A stretch of DNA of 64,000 nucleotides, taken from the NCBI GenBank assembly GCA_963739295.1, contig CAVTZS010000009.1, positions 45,948 to 109,947 on the forward strand, given 5' to 3'. The DNA comes from an uncultured delta proteobacterium. Lineage in GTDB: Bacteria; Desulfobacterota; Desulfobaccia; Desulfobaccales; 0-14-0-80-60-11. The notes beneath the pieces are model-generated. The model was given only the letters and a program-made list of their open reading frames with translations, ran no database searches and was not told the origin of the DNA. Within the stretch, counting starts at the first letter, position 1. Every line of letters begins with the position of its first letter. Position numbers and translations under genes: made by a program. Below are positions 1-9,718 of the stretch, piece by piece.

Positions 1-86
1 TCATCATCGGCCAGAAAGACAACCGGTCCATCCTGCTGGCCGTGGCCATAGGCAGGAAGTGTAGGCCTGGGGTTTTTAAGCAGTAA
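1..86 (+). CDS. 3' end of an unidentified CDS entering from the left edge (...IIGQKDNRSILLAVAIGRKCRPGVFKQ*)
   Basis: Frame 3 is open from the window edge to TAA at 84-86. Third codon positions are mostly G/C, as in the backbone genes. A competing minus-strand ATG at 91 has weaker GC3. No recognisable motif. Confidence 0.3.
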   Translation, partial: IIGQKDNRSILLAVAIGRKCRPGVFKQ

Positions 87-299
87 ATCCATGTCACCTG
101 ATAAGCGATGGTATGGTATCCTCTAAATCGATGAAAATTGACTTTTCCAAAATATTGCATGTTATTATATTTTCTAGCAAAAAGGTTGCCTTCCAAGAAG
201 AGGGGTGTTTGATGTTTGGTTTAAACTGCTAAAGGAAATTCCAAGCGCCAACTTGGGAAAGCCTCTACAAAGGCTACTGCATAATCTCCGTTTAGATGA

Positions 300-1727
300 G
301 TGAACATGACTGCCCAAAGTTCTTTTCCCATCTATGGGGTAATTCTGGCTGGAGGTTTTGGAACCCGTTTCTGGCCTCTGAGCCGTTCCCAGTACCCTAA
401 ACAGGTCCTGCGACTGATGGGTTCCGAATCCCTGATTCAATCCACCATCGAACGCCTCTTGCCCCGTATTCCCCTGGAGCGCCTGGCGGTGGTGACCAAC
501 GCCTCTCAGGCTGATGTCATTCGCCTGCAACTCCATCGCAAGGGCTGGGAGGATATCCGTCTCTGGCTGGAGCCCGAAGGCCGGAACACCGCCGCGGCGG
601 TGGGCTTGGCTGTGGTCCTCCTGGAACCGGAGGCCGGGGATTGCCTCCTGGGGGTCTTCCCCGCCGACCACTACATCCGGGACCAGGAGAGCCTGCTTAA
701 AGGGCTGGATATTGGGGCGATTTGGGCCCAGAAAGGCTACCTGGTGACCTTCGGGATTCCTCCCACCCGCCCGGAGACGGGCTATGGTTACATTAAACAA
801 GGCTCCCCGCTGGATGAGCAGGGGAGTGCCTACCGCTCCCTAAGATTCATGGAAAAACCCGATTTGGCCAGAGCCCAGGCCTTCCTCCAGGAGGGTGGAT
901 ATTATTGGAATAGCGGTATCTTTATGTTTCGCCGGGAGGTTTTGCTTAAGGCCTTCTCCCGGTATCTGCCGGAGCTCCATCAGGGGCTGGCCCGGCTCCG
1001 GGACGAGGAAAACCGGCTGCCCTTAGCTGAGGTCTATCGGCAGATTCCCAGCATCTCTTTAGATCGCGGCATCATGGAGCGGGCCGATAATGTGGCGGTG
1101 GTGCCGGTGGACATGGGGTGGAACGATGTGGGAACCTGGAGTGCCCTGCAGGATATCTTCCCCAGAGATGAGCGGGGGAATGTCATCTGTGGCCGGGCCC
1201 TGGATTTAGGCAGCCGGGACTGCATCATCTTCACCCAAAATCGCCTGGTGGCCACTATTGGCCTGGATAACACCATAGTGGTGGATACTCCTGATGCCAC
1301 CCTGGTATGTCACCGGGACCGGGTTCAGGAGGTTAAAGATCTGGTGGCGGAGTTGCACCGGCAACAGATGGCGGAGTCAGTGCAGCATACTACCGTGGAG
1401 CGCCCCTGGGGACGTTATACCGTGATGGATGAGGACGATGGTTACAAGGTAAAACAGATCGTGGTGGACCCGGGTCAAAAGCTCAGCTTGCAAATCCATC
1501 AACATCGGGCCGAGCACTGGGTGGTGGTCTCCGGCACGGCCCGGGTGACCATCGGCCAGGAGACCAAGCTGGTTACCAGTAACCAAAGCGTGTATATACC
1601 TTCTAAGACCGCGCATCGGTTGGAAAACCCGGACTCGGAGCCCCTCAGGATCATCGAGATCCAGACCGGAGCTTACCTGGAGGAGGATGATATCTTGCGT
1701 CTGGATGATGACTATTGGCGCAAGTGA
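300..1727 (+). CDS. manC: mannose-1-phosphate guanylyltransferase / mannose-6-phosphate isomerase (bifunctional ManC/CpsB type)
   Basis: 475 aa. N-terminal nucleotidyltransferase motif GVILAGGFGTRFWPLSR. C-terminal cupin region (WGRYTV...HRAEHWVVVSG...ENP). GTG start at 300, alternative ATG at 306. Confidence 0.9.
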   Translation: MNMTAQSSFPIYGVILAGGFGTRFWPLSRSQYPKQVLRLMGSESLIQSTIERLLPRIPLERLAVVTNASQADVIRLQLHRKGWEDIRLWLEPEGRNTAAAVGLAVVLLEPEAGDCLLGVFPADHYIRDQESLLKGLDIGAIWAQKGYLVTFGIPPTRPETGYGYIKQGSPLDEQGSAYRSLRFMEKPDLARAQAFLQEGGYYWNSGIFMFRREVLLKAFSRYLPELHQGLARLRDEENRLPLAEVYRQIPSISLDRGIMERADNVAVVPVDMGWNDVGTWSALQDIFPRDERGNVICGRALDLGSRDCIIFTQNRLVATIGLDNTIVVDTPDATLVCHRDRVQEVKDLVAELHRQQMAESVQHTTVERPWGRYTVMDEDDGYKVKQIVVDPGQKLSLQIHQHRAEHWVVVSGTARVTIGQETKLVTSNQSVYIPSKTAHRLENPDSEPLRIIEIQTGAYLEEDDILRLDDDYWRK

Positions 1728-1782
1728 GTAAGCTTGAGATCTAACTAACATTCATTAAACTCAAATCCTATGGCAAGGATCC

Positions 1783-2772
1783 ATGGTGATGCAAATTAGT
1801 CCAGTTATTTTATCCACTGGCAGTTTTGTGCCAGATACCATAATAACTAATGATGAGCTTAAACAATTTCCATCCGCTTTTCTTCCCATGATTGAGCTGA
1901 AAACCGGGGTTAAGGCCAGAAGATTTGCTGGCAAGAATCAATGCACCTCTGACCTTGCTATTCTGGCTGCCCGGCAATGTCTAAATAACATTAAGTTCGA
2001 CCCTAAAGACCTGGATGCGATAGTTCTGGCTACCTCCTCTCCCGATCGGATACAACCGGCAACTGCGACGAGAGTCCAACATGAGATCGGCGCCACTACG
2101 GCTTTTTGCTTCGACATCAATGCCGTCTGTAGCGGAGGAGTTTTTGCCTTGGCGGTTGCGGAGGCCTTCATCAGATCAAGATATTGTAAAAATGTTTTGG
2201 TAATCGCCTCTGAAATATATTCAATCTATCTAAATCCTTCAGATTTCAGCACTTTCCCATATTTTGGCGATGGTGCTGGGGCAGTCTTAGTTTCTGCCAT
2301 GGCTAATACCAATAAAGGCATAATTCAGAGCATCTTAAAAACTGATGGATCTAAGGCAGATGTTATTCAAATTCCTGCCGGCGGCACGATGCTGCCTTAC
2401 AAACAGTTAACTAATCCTAATGACATATATTTTAAGATGGTAGGAAGGGAAGTCTATGATTTTGCAATTAATAAAGGAGCTGAGATCATTAAAGAAATTA
2501 TTTTGAGATCGCATATTAGGACAGAAGAAATTAAATTTGTCATTTCACACCAAGCAAACATTAACATCATAAAAGAAATAGCATTGAGGACTGAGATTGC
2601 CTTGAGTAAATTTACCATAAATTTGGACAAATATGGGAACACTGCAGCTGCATCCGTATTTATCTCACTGGATGAACTTTTCCAGGCTAACAACGTAAAG
2701 AATGGCGACTTAATTCTAATAGTGACGTTTGGAGGCGGCCTATCTTGGGGAGCAATTTTAATAAGAATGTAA
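1783..2772 (+). CDS. 3-oxoacyl-ACP synthase III (FabH-like ketosynthase)
   Basis: 329 aa. Active-site context AVCSGGVFAL, SHQANINII and YGNTAAASV...GGGLSWG are typical of KAS III. Lies in an AT-rich block. Confidence 0.85.
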   Translation: MVMQISPVILSTGSFVPDTIITNDELKQFPSAFLPMIELKTGVKARRFAGKNQCTSDLAILAARQCLNNIKFDPKDLDAIVLATSSPDRIQPATATRVQHEIGATTAFCFDINAVCSGGVFALAVAEAFIRSRYCKNVLVIASEIYSIYLNPSDFSTFPYFGDGAGAVLVSAMANTNKGIIQSILKTDGSKADVIQIPAGGTMLPYKQLTNPNDIYFKMVGREVYDFAINKGAEIIKEIILRSHIRTEEIKFVISHQANINIIKEIALRTEIALSKFTINLDKYGNTAAASVFISLDELFQANNVKNGDLILIVTFGGGLSWGAILIRM

Positions 2773-2823
2773 TAATAAATATTGGACTGTCATAATCTTT
2801 GAAATAAGGGTTAAAAGAAACTC

Positions 2824-3126
2824 ATGAATAAATATGAAGAAGTTAAATCAGTTGTCTACGGTGCAATTGATGAACTAAATGAACAGTTATTGGAAGAGCA
2901 ACGGATAGAAAAATCCATGGATACCGTTCTCTTAGGAAGGCAGTCGAACCTGGATTCCATGGCTCTGGTTAATCTCATCATTATTGTGGAAGAGAAGATA
3001 GTGAACCAATTTGGGGTGAATTTTACATTGGTGGATGAGCGGGCGATGTCTGAGGAGGAAAGCCCCTTCAAAACTACGAGGACTTTAGTGGATTATATTT
3101 CAAAGATGCTTGAGGAAGTTAAATAA
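2824..3126 (+). CDS. acyl carrier protein
   Basis: 100 aa, acidic. Phosphopantetheine attachment motif LDSMALVNL (DSM). Sits between the KAS III and SDR genes. Confidence 0.8.
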   Translation: MNKYEEVKSVVYGAIDELNEQLLEEQRIEKSMDTVLLGRQSNLDSMALVNLIIIVEEKIVNQFGVNFTLVDERAMSEEESPFKTTRTLVDYISKMLEEVK

Positions 3127-3827
3127 TGGATACAAATAATGTTATGTTAATCACAGGGACAAGCAAGGGTATTGGAAAATACCTTGCCCATTACTACATT
3201 GAGCGTGGGTTTCAGGTAATTGGATGTAGCAGGAGCCTGGCTGATTATAATTTTGAGAATTACAGGCATTTTTGTTTGGATATAACTGATGAGAAAAAAG
3301 TCAAGGAAATGTTTTCTGCAATTTCCAAAGATTATGGTCGATTAGAAGTGCTCATAAATAACGCTGCAATTATGGCCACTAATCATGCACTTCTTACACC
3401 ACTTCTTACAGCCCAGGATATTTTAAATGTTAATGTTGGGGGAACTTTCTTATTATGTCGTGAGGCTGCCAAGATAATGCGAAAGAATAATTTCGGGCGA
3501 ATAATAAATTTCACCTCTATTAGTAGTATCTTAAAAGTCGAAGGGGAAAGCATCTATGCTGCTTCCAAGGCTGCAGTCGTCACCCTATCACAAATATTAG
3601 CAAGGGAGTTGGCAGCATTTAATATTACGGTAAATGTGGTAGGTCCCAATCCCATTCAAACGGATATATTAGCTTCCCTTTCCCAGAATAAAATCCAAGA
3701 GGTTGTTAACCGCCAGGCAATTAAGCGATATGGCGAATTTCGCGACGTTTCAAATGTGATTGATTTCTTCATAAAACCGGAGAGCGATTTTATTACGGGC
3801 CAAGTTATATTTCTAGGAGGAATTTAA
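3126..3827 (+). CDS. SDR-family oxidoreductase (FabG-like ketoreductase)
   Basis: 233 aa. Rossmann motif ITGTSKGIGKYLA, NNAA, catalytic YAASKAAV. The ATG overlaps the ACP stop codon (TAATG). Confidence 0.85.
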   Translation: MDTNNVMLITGTSKGIGKYLAHYYIERGFQVIGCSRSLADYNFENYRHFCLDITDEKKVKEMFSAISKDYGRLEVLINNAAIMATNHALLTPLLTAQDILNVNVGGTFLLCREAAKIMRKNNFGRIINFTSISSILKVEGESIYAASKAAVVTLSQILARELAAFNITVNVVGPNPIQTDILASLSQNKIQEVVNRQAIKRYGEFRDVSNVIDFFIKPESDFITGQVIFLGGI

Positions 3828-3897
3828 ACCATAATTAATATATTTCTATTTAACCACATAATCGTAATGAAATATCACCGAAAATAAATTAATAATA

Positions 3898-4866
3898 ATG
3901 GTAAAAATAATCAGAGTTATCAATCCTGATATCCAGAATTTGCGCGAGGCTTATCACTTTGCCCAACACCATTGGCGCGAGATAAAATCTCTAGATGAAA
4001 AAAGAGGTTTTAATGCTTTGAGTAAGCTTGGCGTTGAATTGATCTTAGCACAAGAAGAGGATATGCTGCAAGGGGTTTGCTTTGTTCTGCCTGATAGATA
4101 TAATAACGAAGGCGTGACAGATAATTTTGCATGGCTCTTTAACTTAGTTGTAACCAAGGAAGCTAAAAATTTGGCAGCATTAATGTTATTTAGGATTATG
4201 AACTGGTATCCAGCCATTATGTGTATCGGTGTAACGGATGGGGCAGCAAAACTTTACAATGCTATGCGTTGGAAAAAATACGAGGGAATATGGAGATGCG
4301 TCCATCCTATAAAATTATCCGCCATGGTAAAGCGATACAAAGAGCGCCTTAAGAATCCTTATAAAATATTAGTGTTAAAAGCTGTTGGTTTGATCTATGA
4401 TACTGTTATGCTATTTTTGGAATCGATCACCTTACTTGCTTCTAATATAAAGATGGCAAAATTTATCAGGAGTTCCGATTTGAATTTACGAAAGCCACCA
4501 TTAAATTATGGTAGCAAGTTAAAAATAATCTCGACCTACAGAGATATTTATGTGTTATTTTGGAGGAATAGAATTATAAAAGTGGTAGACTGGAATGGGA
4601 TTGGACGCGTAGTGCAGGATGATTTTGATGGTTTAATAAAATTTATTGCGCATCTAAAATTATGGCAAAAATTAAGAGAGGAAAATATTATTCTTAGTGA
4701 ATATATAGCAACTTCGAAAAAATCTAAAATAAAGGCTATGCTTTGTGGATATATTCCAATAAAGATGCCGATATATTTTTGGGATAAAAACATTAAACTA
4801 AACAATTTTATTAAAAATATTGAACAATCTAATTTTAATTTTGCATCATGTGATAAAATAATTTAG
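3898..4866 (+). CDS. hypothetical protein; possibly a GNAT/FemAB-like acyltransferase (weak)
   Basis: 322-aa uninterrupted ORF in the AT-rich block, same strand and spacing as its neighbours. No motif I can name. The acyltransferase idea rests on its position between acyl-ACP genes and a deacetylase. Confidence 0.5.
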   Translation: MVKIIRVINPDIQNLREAYHFAQHHWREIKSLDEKRGFNALSKLGVELILAQEEDMLQGVCFVLPDRYNNEGVTDNFAWLFNLVVTKEAKNLAALMLFRIMNWYPAIMCIGVTDGAAKLYNAMRWKKYEGIWRCVHPIKLSAMVKRYKERLKNPYKILVLKAVGLIYDTVMLFLESITLLASNIKMAKFIRSSDLNLRKPPLNYGSKLKIISTYRDIYVLFWRNRIIKVVDWNGIGRVVQDDFDGLIKFIAHLKLWQKLREENIILSEYIATSKKSKIKAMLCGYIPIKMPIYFWDKNIKLNNFIKNIEQSNFNFASCDKII

Positions 4867-4950
4867 TTATATTATAAAGTGCCCACATTAGATAGGCAAA
4901 TTCAGGCCATGATGGAATCTTCTGGATGATCATGCATAATCGGTAATATA

Positions 4951-5856
4951 ATGCCTTTCAAAAGTAATACGGTGAAAAATTTCAAAATAATAAATATTCT
5001 AACTATTGACTTGGAAGACTGGTATCATACATCGCGGTTAGATCCATTTATTGGCCCAAATAAATGGGAGGGAATGGAACCTAGATTGGCCCCCAATGTG
5101 CAACTTCTATTGGAGATATTAGATACTCACAAGACCCGAGGCACTTTTTTTATCCTTGGTTGGGTGGCCGAACGGTACCCTGAATTAGTTAAGGAAATAG
5201 ATGCGTGCGGACATGAGATCGCTAGCCATGGCTATCGCCATCGCCTTATTTATAATCTTTCTCCTGATACCTTTCGGGAGTATGTTTATCGGTCGAAACG
5301 CCACTTAGAAGACTTGATTGGAAAGTCAGTCCAGGGATACCGTGCCACCAGTTTTTCTATAGTCCGCACTACCCTATGGGCCCTGGAGGTGATTAAAGAG
5401 GCTGGATTTGTTTATGATTCCAGCATCTTTCCCATAAGGCATGACATTTATGGCATTGACGGGTTCCCCCGCTTTCCCTTTATTCATCACAATGGCCTAA
5501 TTGAGATTCCGCCCTCAACTTTACGGATATTTGGAAAAAATATTCCCATTGCCGGCGGCGGTTATTTTCGCCTTTACCCTTATTGGGTAACTGAGAAAGG
5601 TGTAAAAAAGATCAATAGCTTTGACCACCCGGCGGTGGTGTATTTGCATCCTTGGGAACTTGATCCGGCTTGTCCCCGAATTAAGAACGCTGACCGGCGG
5701 ACACAATTTTTTCAATATGTAAACTTGAAGAAAGCGAAAAGACGTCTTGAGAGACTGCTTTCGGACTTTAAGTTTGTCCCGGTGGGAGAGTATCTGAAAA
5801 ATCCACAATCAACCTCAAGAATTAAAAACCGGCAGTTAACTCGCGTGGCTAGGTAG
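4951..5856 (+). CDS. polysaccharide deacetylase (NodB-homology domain, exosortase/PEP-CTERM-locus type with DUF3473-like C-terminus)
   Basis: 301 aa. N-terminal ILTIDLEDWYH, then TFFILGWVAERYPELVKEI and GHEIASHGYRH. These match the deacetylase subfamily found in EPS/exosortase loci. Confidence 0.8.
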   Translation: MPFKSNTVKNFKIINILTIDLEDWYHTSRLDPFIGPNKWEGMEPRLAPNVQLLLEILDTHKTRGTFFILGWVAERYPELVKEIDACGHEIASHGYRHRLIYNLSPDTFREYVYRSKRHLEDLIGKSVQGYRATSFSIVRTTLWALEVIKEAGFVYDSSIFPIRHDIYGIDGFPRFPFIHHNGLIEIPPSTLRIFGKNIPIAGGGYFRLYPYWVTEKGVKKINSFDHPAVVYLHPWELDPACPRIKNADRRTQFFQYVNLKKAKRRLERLLSDFKFVPVGEYLKNPQSTSRIKNRQLTRVAR

Positions 5857-5969
5857 GGTACGATTATAAAACTAAATTATTACCCAGGAAAACTCAAAGC
5901 TCTCTATAGGTTATGATGCCCCATTTAAGAATATCTTGAGGTCTTACAACAATCTATGGAGTCCTTCAG

Positions 5970-8178
5970 TTGAAACAAGTTGTCCAGAGCTATAGAGACG
6001 GGAAAATCGCCCTTAACGAGGTGCCGGAACCGGCTTGCAAGCCGGGAGGGATTTTGGTGAGGAATGCAGCTTCCCTGATCAGTGTGGGCACGGAAAAGCT
6101 GATGATCGAAATGGGGAAGAAGAGCCTCCTGGGCAAAGCCAGAGCCCGGCCGGACCTGGTGCGCCAGGCCTGGGCCAAGGCCCAAAAGGAGGGCTTCCTC
6201 AGCGTCTATAAGGAAGCGATGAACCGTCTGGATGAGCCCATTCCCCTGGGGTACAGTGCCGCGGGGGTAGTTCTGGAAGTGGGATCGGGGGTGACGCGTT
6301 TTAAACCCGGCGATCGGGTGGCGGTGGCTGGCGCGGGTTATGCCTCCCACGCCGAGGTGGTGTGGGTGCCGGAAAACCTGGCCGTCACTATCCCTGAAGG
6401 AGTGGATTTTGAGAGCCGCGGCCTTTGTCATGCTGGGGGGCATTGCCCTGCATGGGGTGCGGGAGGCTGGCCTGACCCTGGGTGAAAGGGCGGTAGTCAT
6501 CGGCCTGGGCCTGTTAGGGCTGCTGTGCGTGCAATTCTTGAAGACGCAAGGCTGCAGAGTGATCGGGGTGGATCTCGATCCACAGAAAGGTGAGATAGCC
6601 AGGGAACTGGGAGCTGACCTGGCCCTGGTTCCTGGGAGGGAAAATATCGAAGAAACCGTGGCCAATTTCACCGGCGGACTGGGCGCGGATGCGGTAATCA
6701 TCGCCGCGGCCAGCAAGGACAACCGCCCTATCCTGTTGGCCGAGGCCATAGCCCGGGAGCGGGCCCGGTTGGTGCTGGTGGGGGTGGCGGACTTGAGCCT
6801 CACCCGCCAGGCCTTTTGGACTAAAGAGTTGAGCTTCTCCGTATCCAAGGCGGCCGGGCCGGGCAGCCTAGCCCCCCTCTATGAGGCCAAAGGATTTGAT
6901 TATCCTCTGGCCTATGTGCGCTGGACCGAGCGCCGCAACCTGGAGGCTTTCCTTGACCTAATCGCTCAAGGAAAGGTTCGGGTAGATCGGCTCATCACTC
7001 ATCGGTTCCCCATCCAGGAGGCTCTTAAGGCTTACGACTTAATCCTGGAGAATCGTGAACCTTATATCGGCGTGATCCTTTCCTATCCCAGGCCAGAAGT
7101 TGCCGAGCAGGAACCCCTCCCAGTCAGGAAAGTCTGGTTAGAGCCGGCTTCATCTCTGGATGCAAGCGCCAATCGCCTGGCGGTGGGGCTGATTGGTGGC
7201 GGCATGTTCACCAAGAATATCCTGATGCCGGCCCTGAAAAGGGTAGAGGGAGTGCAATTGGCGGGGGTGGCCACTACCACCGGCGTGACCTCCCAGCATA
7301 TGGCGAAAAAATATGGTTTTGCTTACGCGACCACCGATTATAGGCAACTCCTCAACGATGCCGCCATAGGCAGCGTGATCATCACCACCCGCCATGACCT
7401 GCATGGCCGCATGGTGTTGGCTGTCCTGGAAGCGGGAAAACATATTTTCGTGGAAAAACCCTTATGCCTAACCGAGGCAGAGTTGGCAGAAATAGAGAAG
7501 GCCTTCGATGGGTCCAGACTTTTAATGGTGGGCTTTAACCGTAGGTTTGCCCCCTTAGCCCAGGAAGTCAAGGCCTTCCTGGAAGGCCGCAGTACTCCCC
7601 TGGTCATGACTTACCGGGTGAATGCGGGATATATCCCGGAGGATAGCTGGGTACATGATCTTAAAGTGGGGGGCGGCAGGATACTAGGGGAAGTTTGCCA
7701 TTTTATCGATTTTCTACAATATATGGCTGCCTCCCCGCCTGTCCAGGTCAGCGCCGCGGCCATTACTGGGGCTACGGGGAAATACCGGCCGGATGATAAC
7801 CTTGTCCTGACCTTGACCTTCGAAGATGGTTCAATAGGCAATATTATTTACACGGCCAAGGGATCTAAGGCTTTTTCCCGGGAACGATTTGAGGTGTTCT
7901 GCGAGGATTCGGTGGCAGTCATTGAGGATTTTCGCCGGGTCCAAATCGTTAAAGGAGGTCGGGTACGCAAAATAAGCAAATTTTCCATGGACCTGGGCTA
8001 TCGAGCGGAAATGGAGTTTTTTTTGAGACCAAAGCTGAAAGATGTGGGTGACTATGGGAAGCTATTTAGCAGCTATATAAGCTCTACCCGGACCACCCTG
8101 AGAGCTGATGAGGCCTTGAGGCTAGGGCGACCCTTATCGATAGCGGCAGGCAGCGAAGCCGCTTTAGGGGACCCCTAA
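5970..8178 (+). pseudogene. bi-domain oxidoreductase (Zn-ADH/GroES-like N-terminal domain plus Gfo/Idh/MocA C-terminal domain), interrupted by a +1 frameshift near 6414-6417
   Basis: ORF 5970..6485 carries the ADH N-terminus up to EGVDFE. ORF 6340..8178 continues as AAFVMLGGIALHGVREAGL...VIGLGLLG, then the Gfo/Idh/MocA part (VGLIGGGMFTKN...EKP...GFNRRF). Deleting one base in GAGAGCCGCGGCC restores a single 735-aa reading frame. Confidence 0.8.
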
Positions 8179-8233
8179 TTTAATGAAGATATCCACCTCC
8201 GGAAATCTACCGTTTTAGATATTAATTTTCCAT

Positions 8234-9682
8234 ATGCTTAGCTTGCAAATTTCCAGATGGCCACTGCTATTGCTCTTCGGAGACATCGTGGTGTTTTGTT
8301 TGGCAGTGCCCCTGGGCTTATTCCTGAGTACCCCCGGGGTGTTTTGGGAATTTGTCGGCCAGTATTGGAACATTATCGCGTTAGTGGGGCTGACCTATCT
8401 GCTAGTACTTTATGTTGCCAATCTTTATGACCATTACCAGGACTTTCGCCAGCGGGAAAATATCAGCCGGATCATTCTCTCGGCCCTGCTGGGCACCTTG
8501 CTGGCCTTAATCCTGTTCTGCTATCCCGCCTGGAGATTTATCCCACGCAGTTTTATCGAATGGCAGGCCGTGGCCTTTGTGTGGCTGTTGGTCCTGTGGC
8601 GCTTCTTCTTTTCGGCCATTGCTTTGCCCGTGCGCCTGCAAAGACGGGCCTTGATCATCGGCGCCGGGCAGGCGGGACGCAGTATTTTACAGGCCCTGCG
8701 CCAGCGGCCCAATAGCGGTTTGGTAGTGGCGGGGTTTATCGATGACGACCCTAAAAGAGCGGGCGCCACGATTGATGAAGTGCCCGTGCTGGGGGATTCC
8801 AGCCGGCTGCCGGAATTTATCGTTCAGTACACCATCGGCCTGGTGGTCGTGGCCATCACCCATGAAAAATCTCCCACATTATTAGGCCATCTGACCCGAC
8901 TGTCCTTTAGCGGCTATCAGTTGGTGGACATGCCCAGCCTTTATGAGTCTTTGACCGGGAAGATTCCCACTGATCACATCTCCGACATCTGGCTGTTCCT
9001 CCATAATCTGAATAAGAGTATGTTGTATTATTACCATGTCAAGCGGCTCATGGATCTGGCCTTAGCCGTATTGGGACTGGTGATCACCTGGCCTTTTTGG
9101 ATTTTAATTGGCTTAGCCATCAAGCTGGACAGCCCCGGGCCGGCCTTCTTCCGGCAGGAGCGCCTGGGGCAGGATGGCAAGCCGTTTCAGATCATCAAGT
9201 TCCGGACCATGGTTCAGGATGCTGAAGAAGACGGGCCCCGATTTGCCTCCCTTCATGACCCGCGCATCACCCGGGTGGGCTGGATTCTGCGGAAACTGCG
9301 GGTGGATGAATTGCCCCAGTTATTGAATATCCTTAAAGGGGAGATGAGCTTTATTGGGCCGCGGCCGGAACGCGAAGAGTTTATCCGCCAATTCCAGGAG
9401 CCGGTTCCGGAAATGCGGCCAGGACGCCGGGCCAATGATCCGGTGGGCTTCCAGGTGGTATGTGGTTATAAAGAGCGCGTCCCCCATTACAGTTATCGAC
9501 TGCTGGTGAAGCCCGGCATTACCGGCTGGGCCCAAGTGATGCACAGCTATGCGGCCTCAATGGAGGAAACCAAAGAGAAACTCCAATATGACCTTTATTA
9601 TATTAAGAATATGGGATTTTTGTTGGATCTGGCCATTCTGTTAAAAACGATTCGCATAGTCCTCTTCGGCCGAGGCAGATAA
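8234..9682 (+). CDS. exopolysaccharide priming polyprenyl-phosphate glycosylphosphotransferase (WbaP/EpsB type)
   Basis: 482 aa. N-terminal transmembrane helices, a central Rossmann-like segment (LIIGAGQAGRS), and a C-terminal bacterial sugar transferase domain (KRLMDLALA...LDSPGPAFFRQERLGQDGKPFQIIKFRTM...DELPQLLNILKGEMSFIGPRP). Confidence 0.88.
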   Translation: MLSLQISRWPLLLLFGDIVVFCLAVPLGLFLSTPGVFWEFVGQYWNIIALVGLTYLLVLYVANLYDHYQDFRQRENISRIILSALLGTLLALILFCYPAWRFIPRSFIEWQAVAFVWLLVLWRFFFSAIALPVRLQRRALIIGAGQAGRSILQALRQRPNSGLVVAGFIDDDPKRAGATIDEVPVLGDSSRLPEFIVQYTIGLVVVAITHEKSPTLLGHLTRLSFSGYQLVDMPSLYESLTGKIPTDHISDIWLFLHNLNKSMLYYYHVKRLMDLALAVLGLVITWPFWILIGLAIKLDSPGPAFFRQERLGQDGKPFQIIKFRTMVQDAEEDGPRFASLHDPRITRVGWILRKLRVDELPQLLNILKGEMSFIGPRPEREEFIRQFQEPVPEMRPGRRANDPVGFQVVCGYKERVPHYSYRLLVKPGITGWAQVMHSYAASMEETKEKLQYDLYYIKNMGFLLDLAILLKTIRIVLFGRGR

Positions 9683-9718
9683 TTGTAACTAATTCCTGAC
9701 ATAACTTGGAGGTAAGGG

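Noticed and set aside
174-800. 208-aa minus-strand ORF overlapping manC. Similar long antisense or alternate-frame ORFs include 5925..6848, 10139..10624, 20254..20988, 22226..22660, 26523..27200, 27214..27759, 31360..31881, 33594..33995 and 39755..40291.
   Set aside because: They lie antisense to, or out of frame with, genes that have clear family motifs. Their sequences are Arg/Gly/Pro-rich with no motifs, which is the usual by-product of high GC content.
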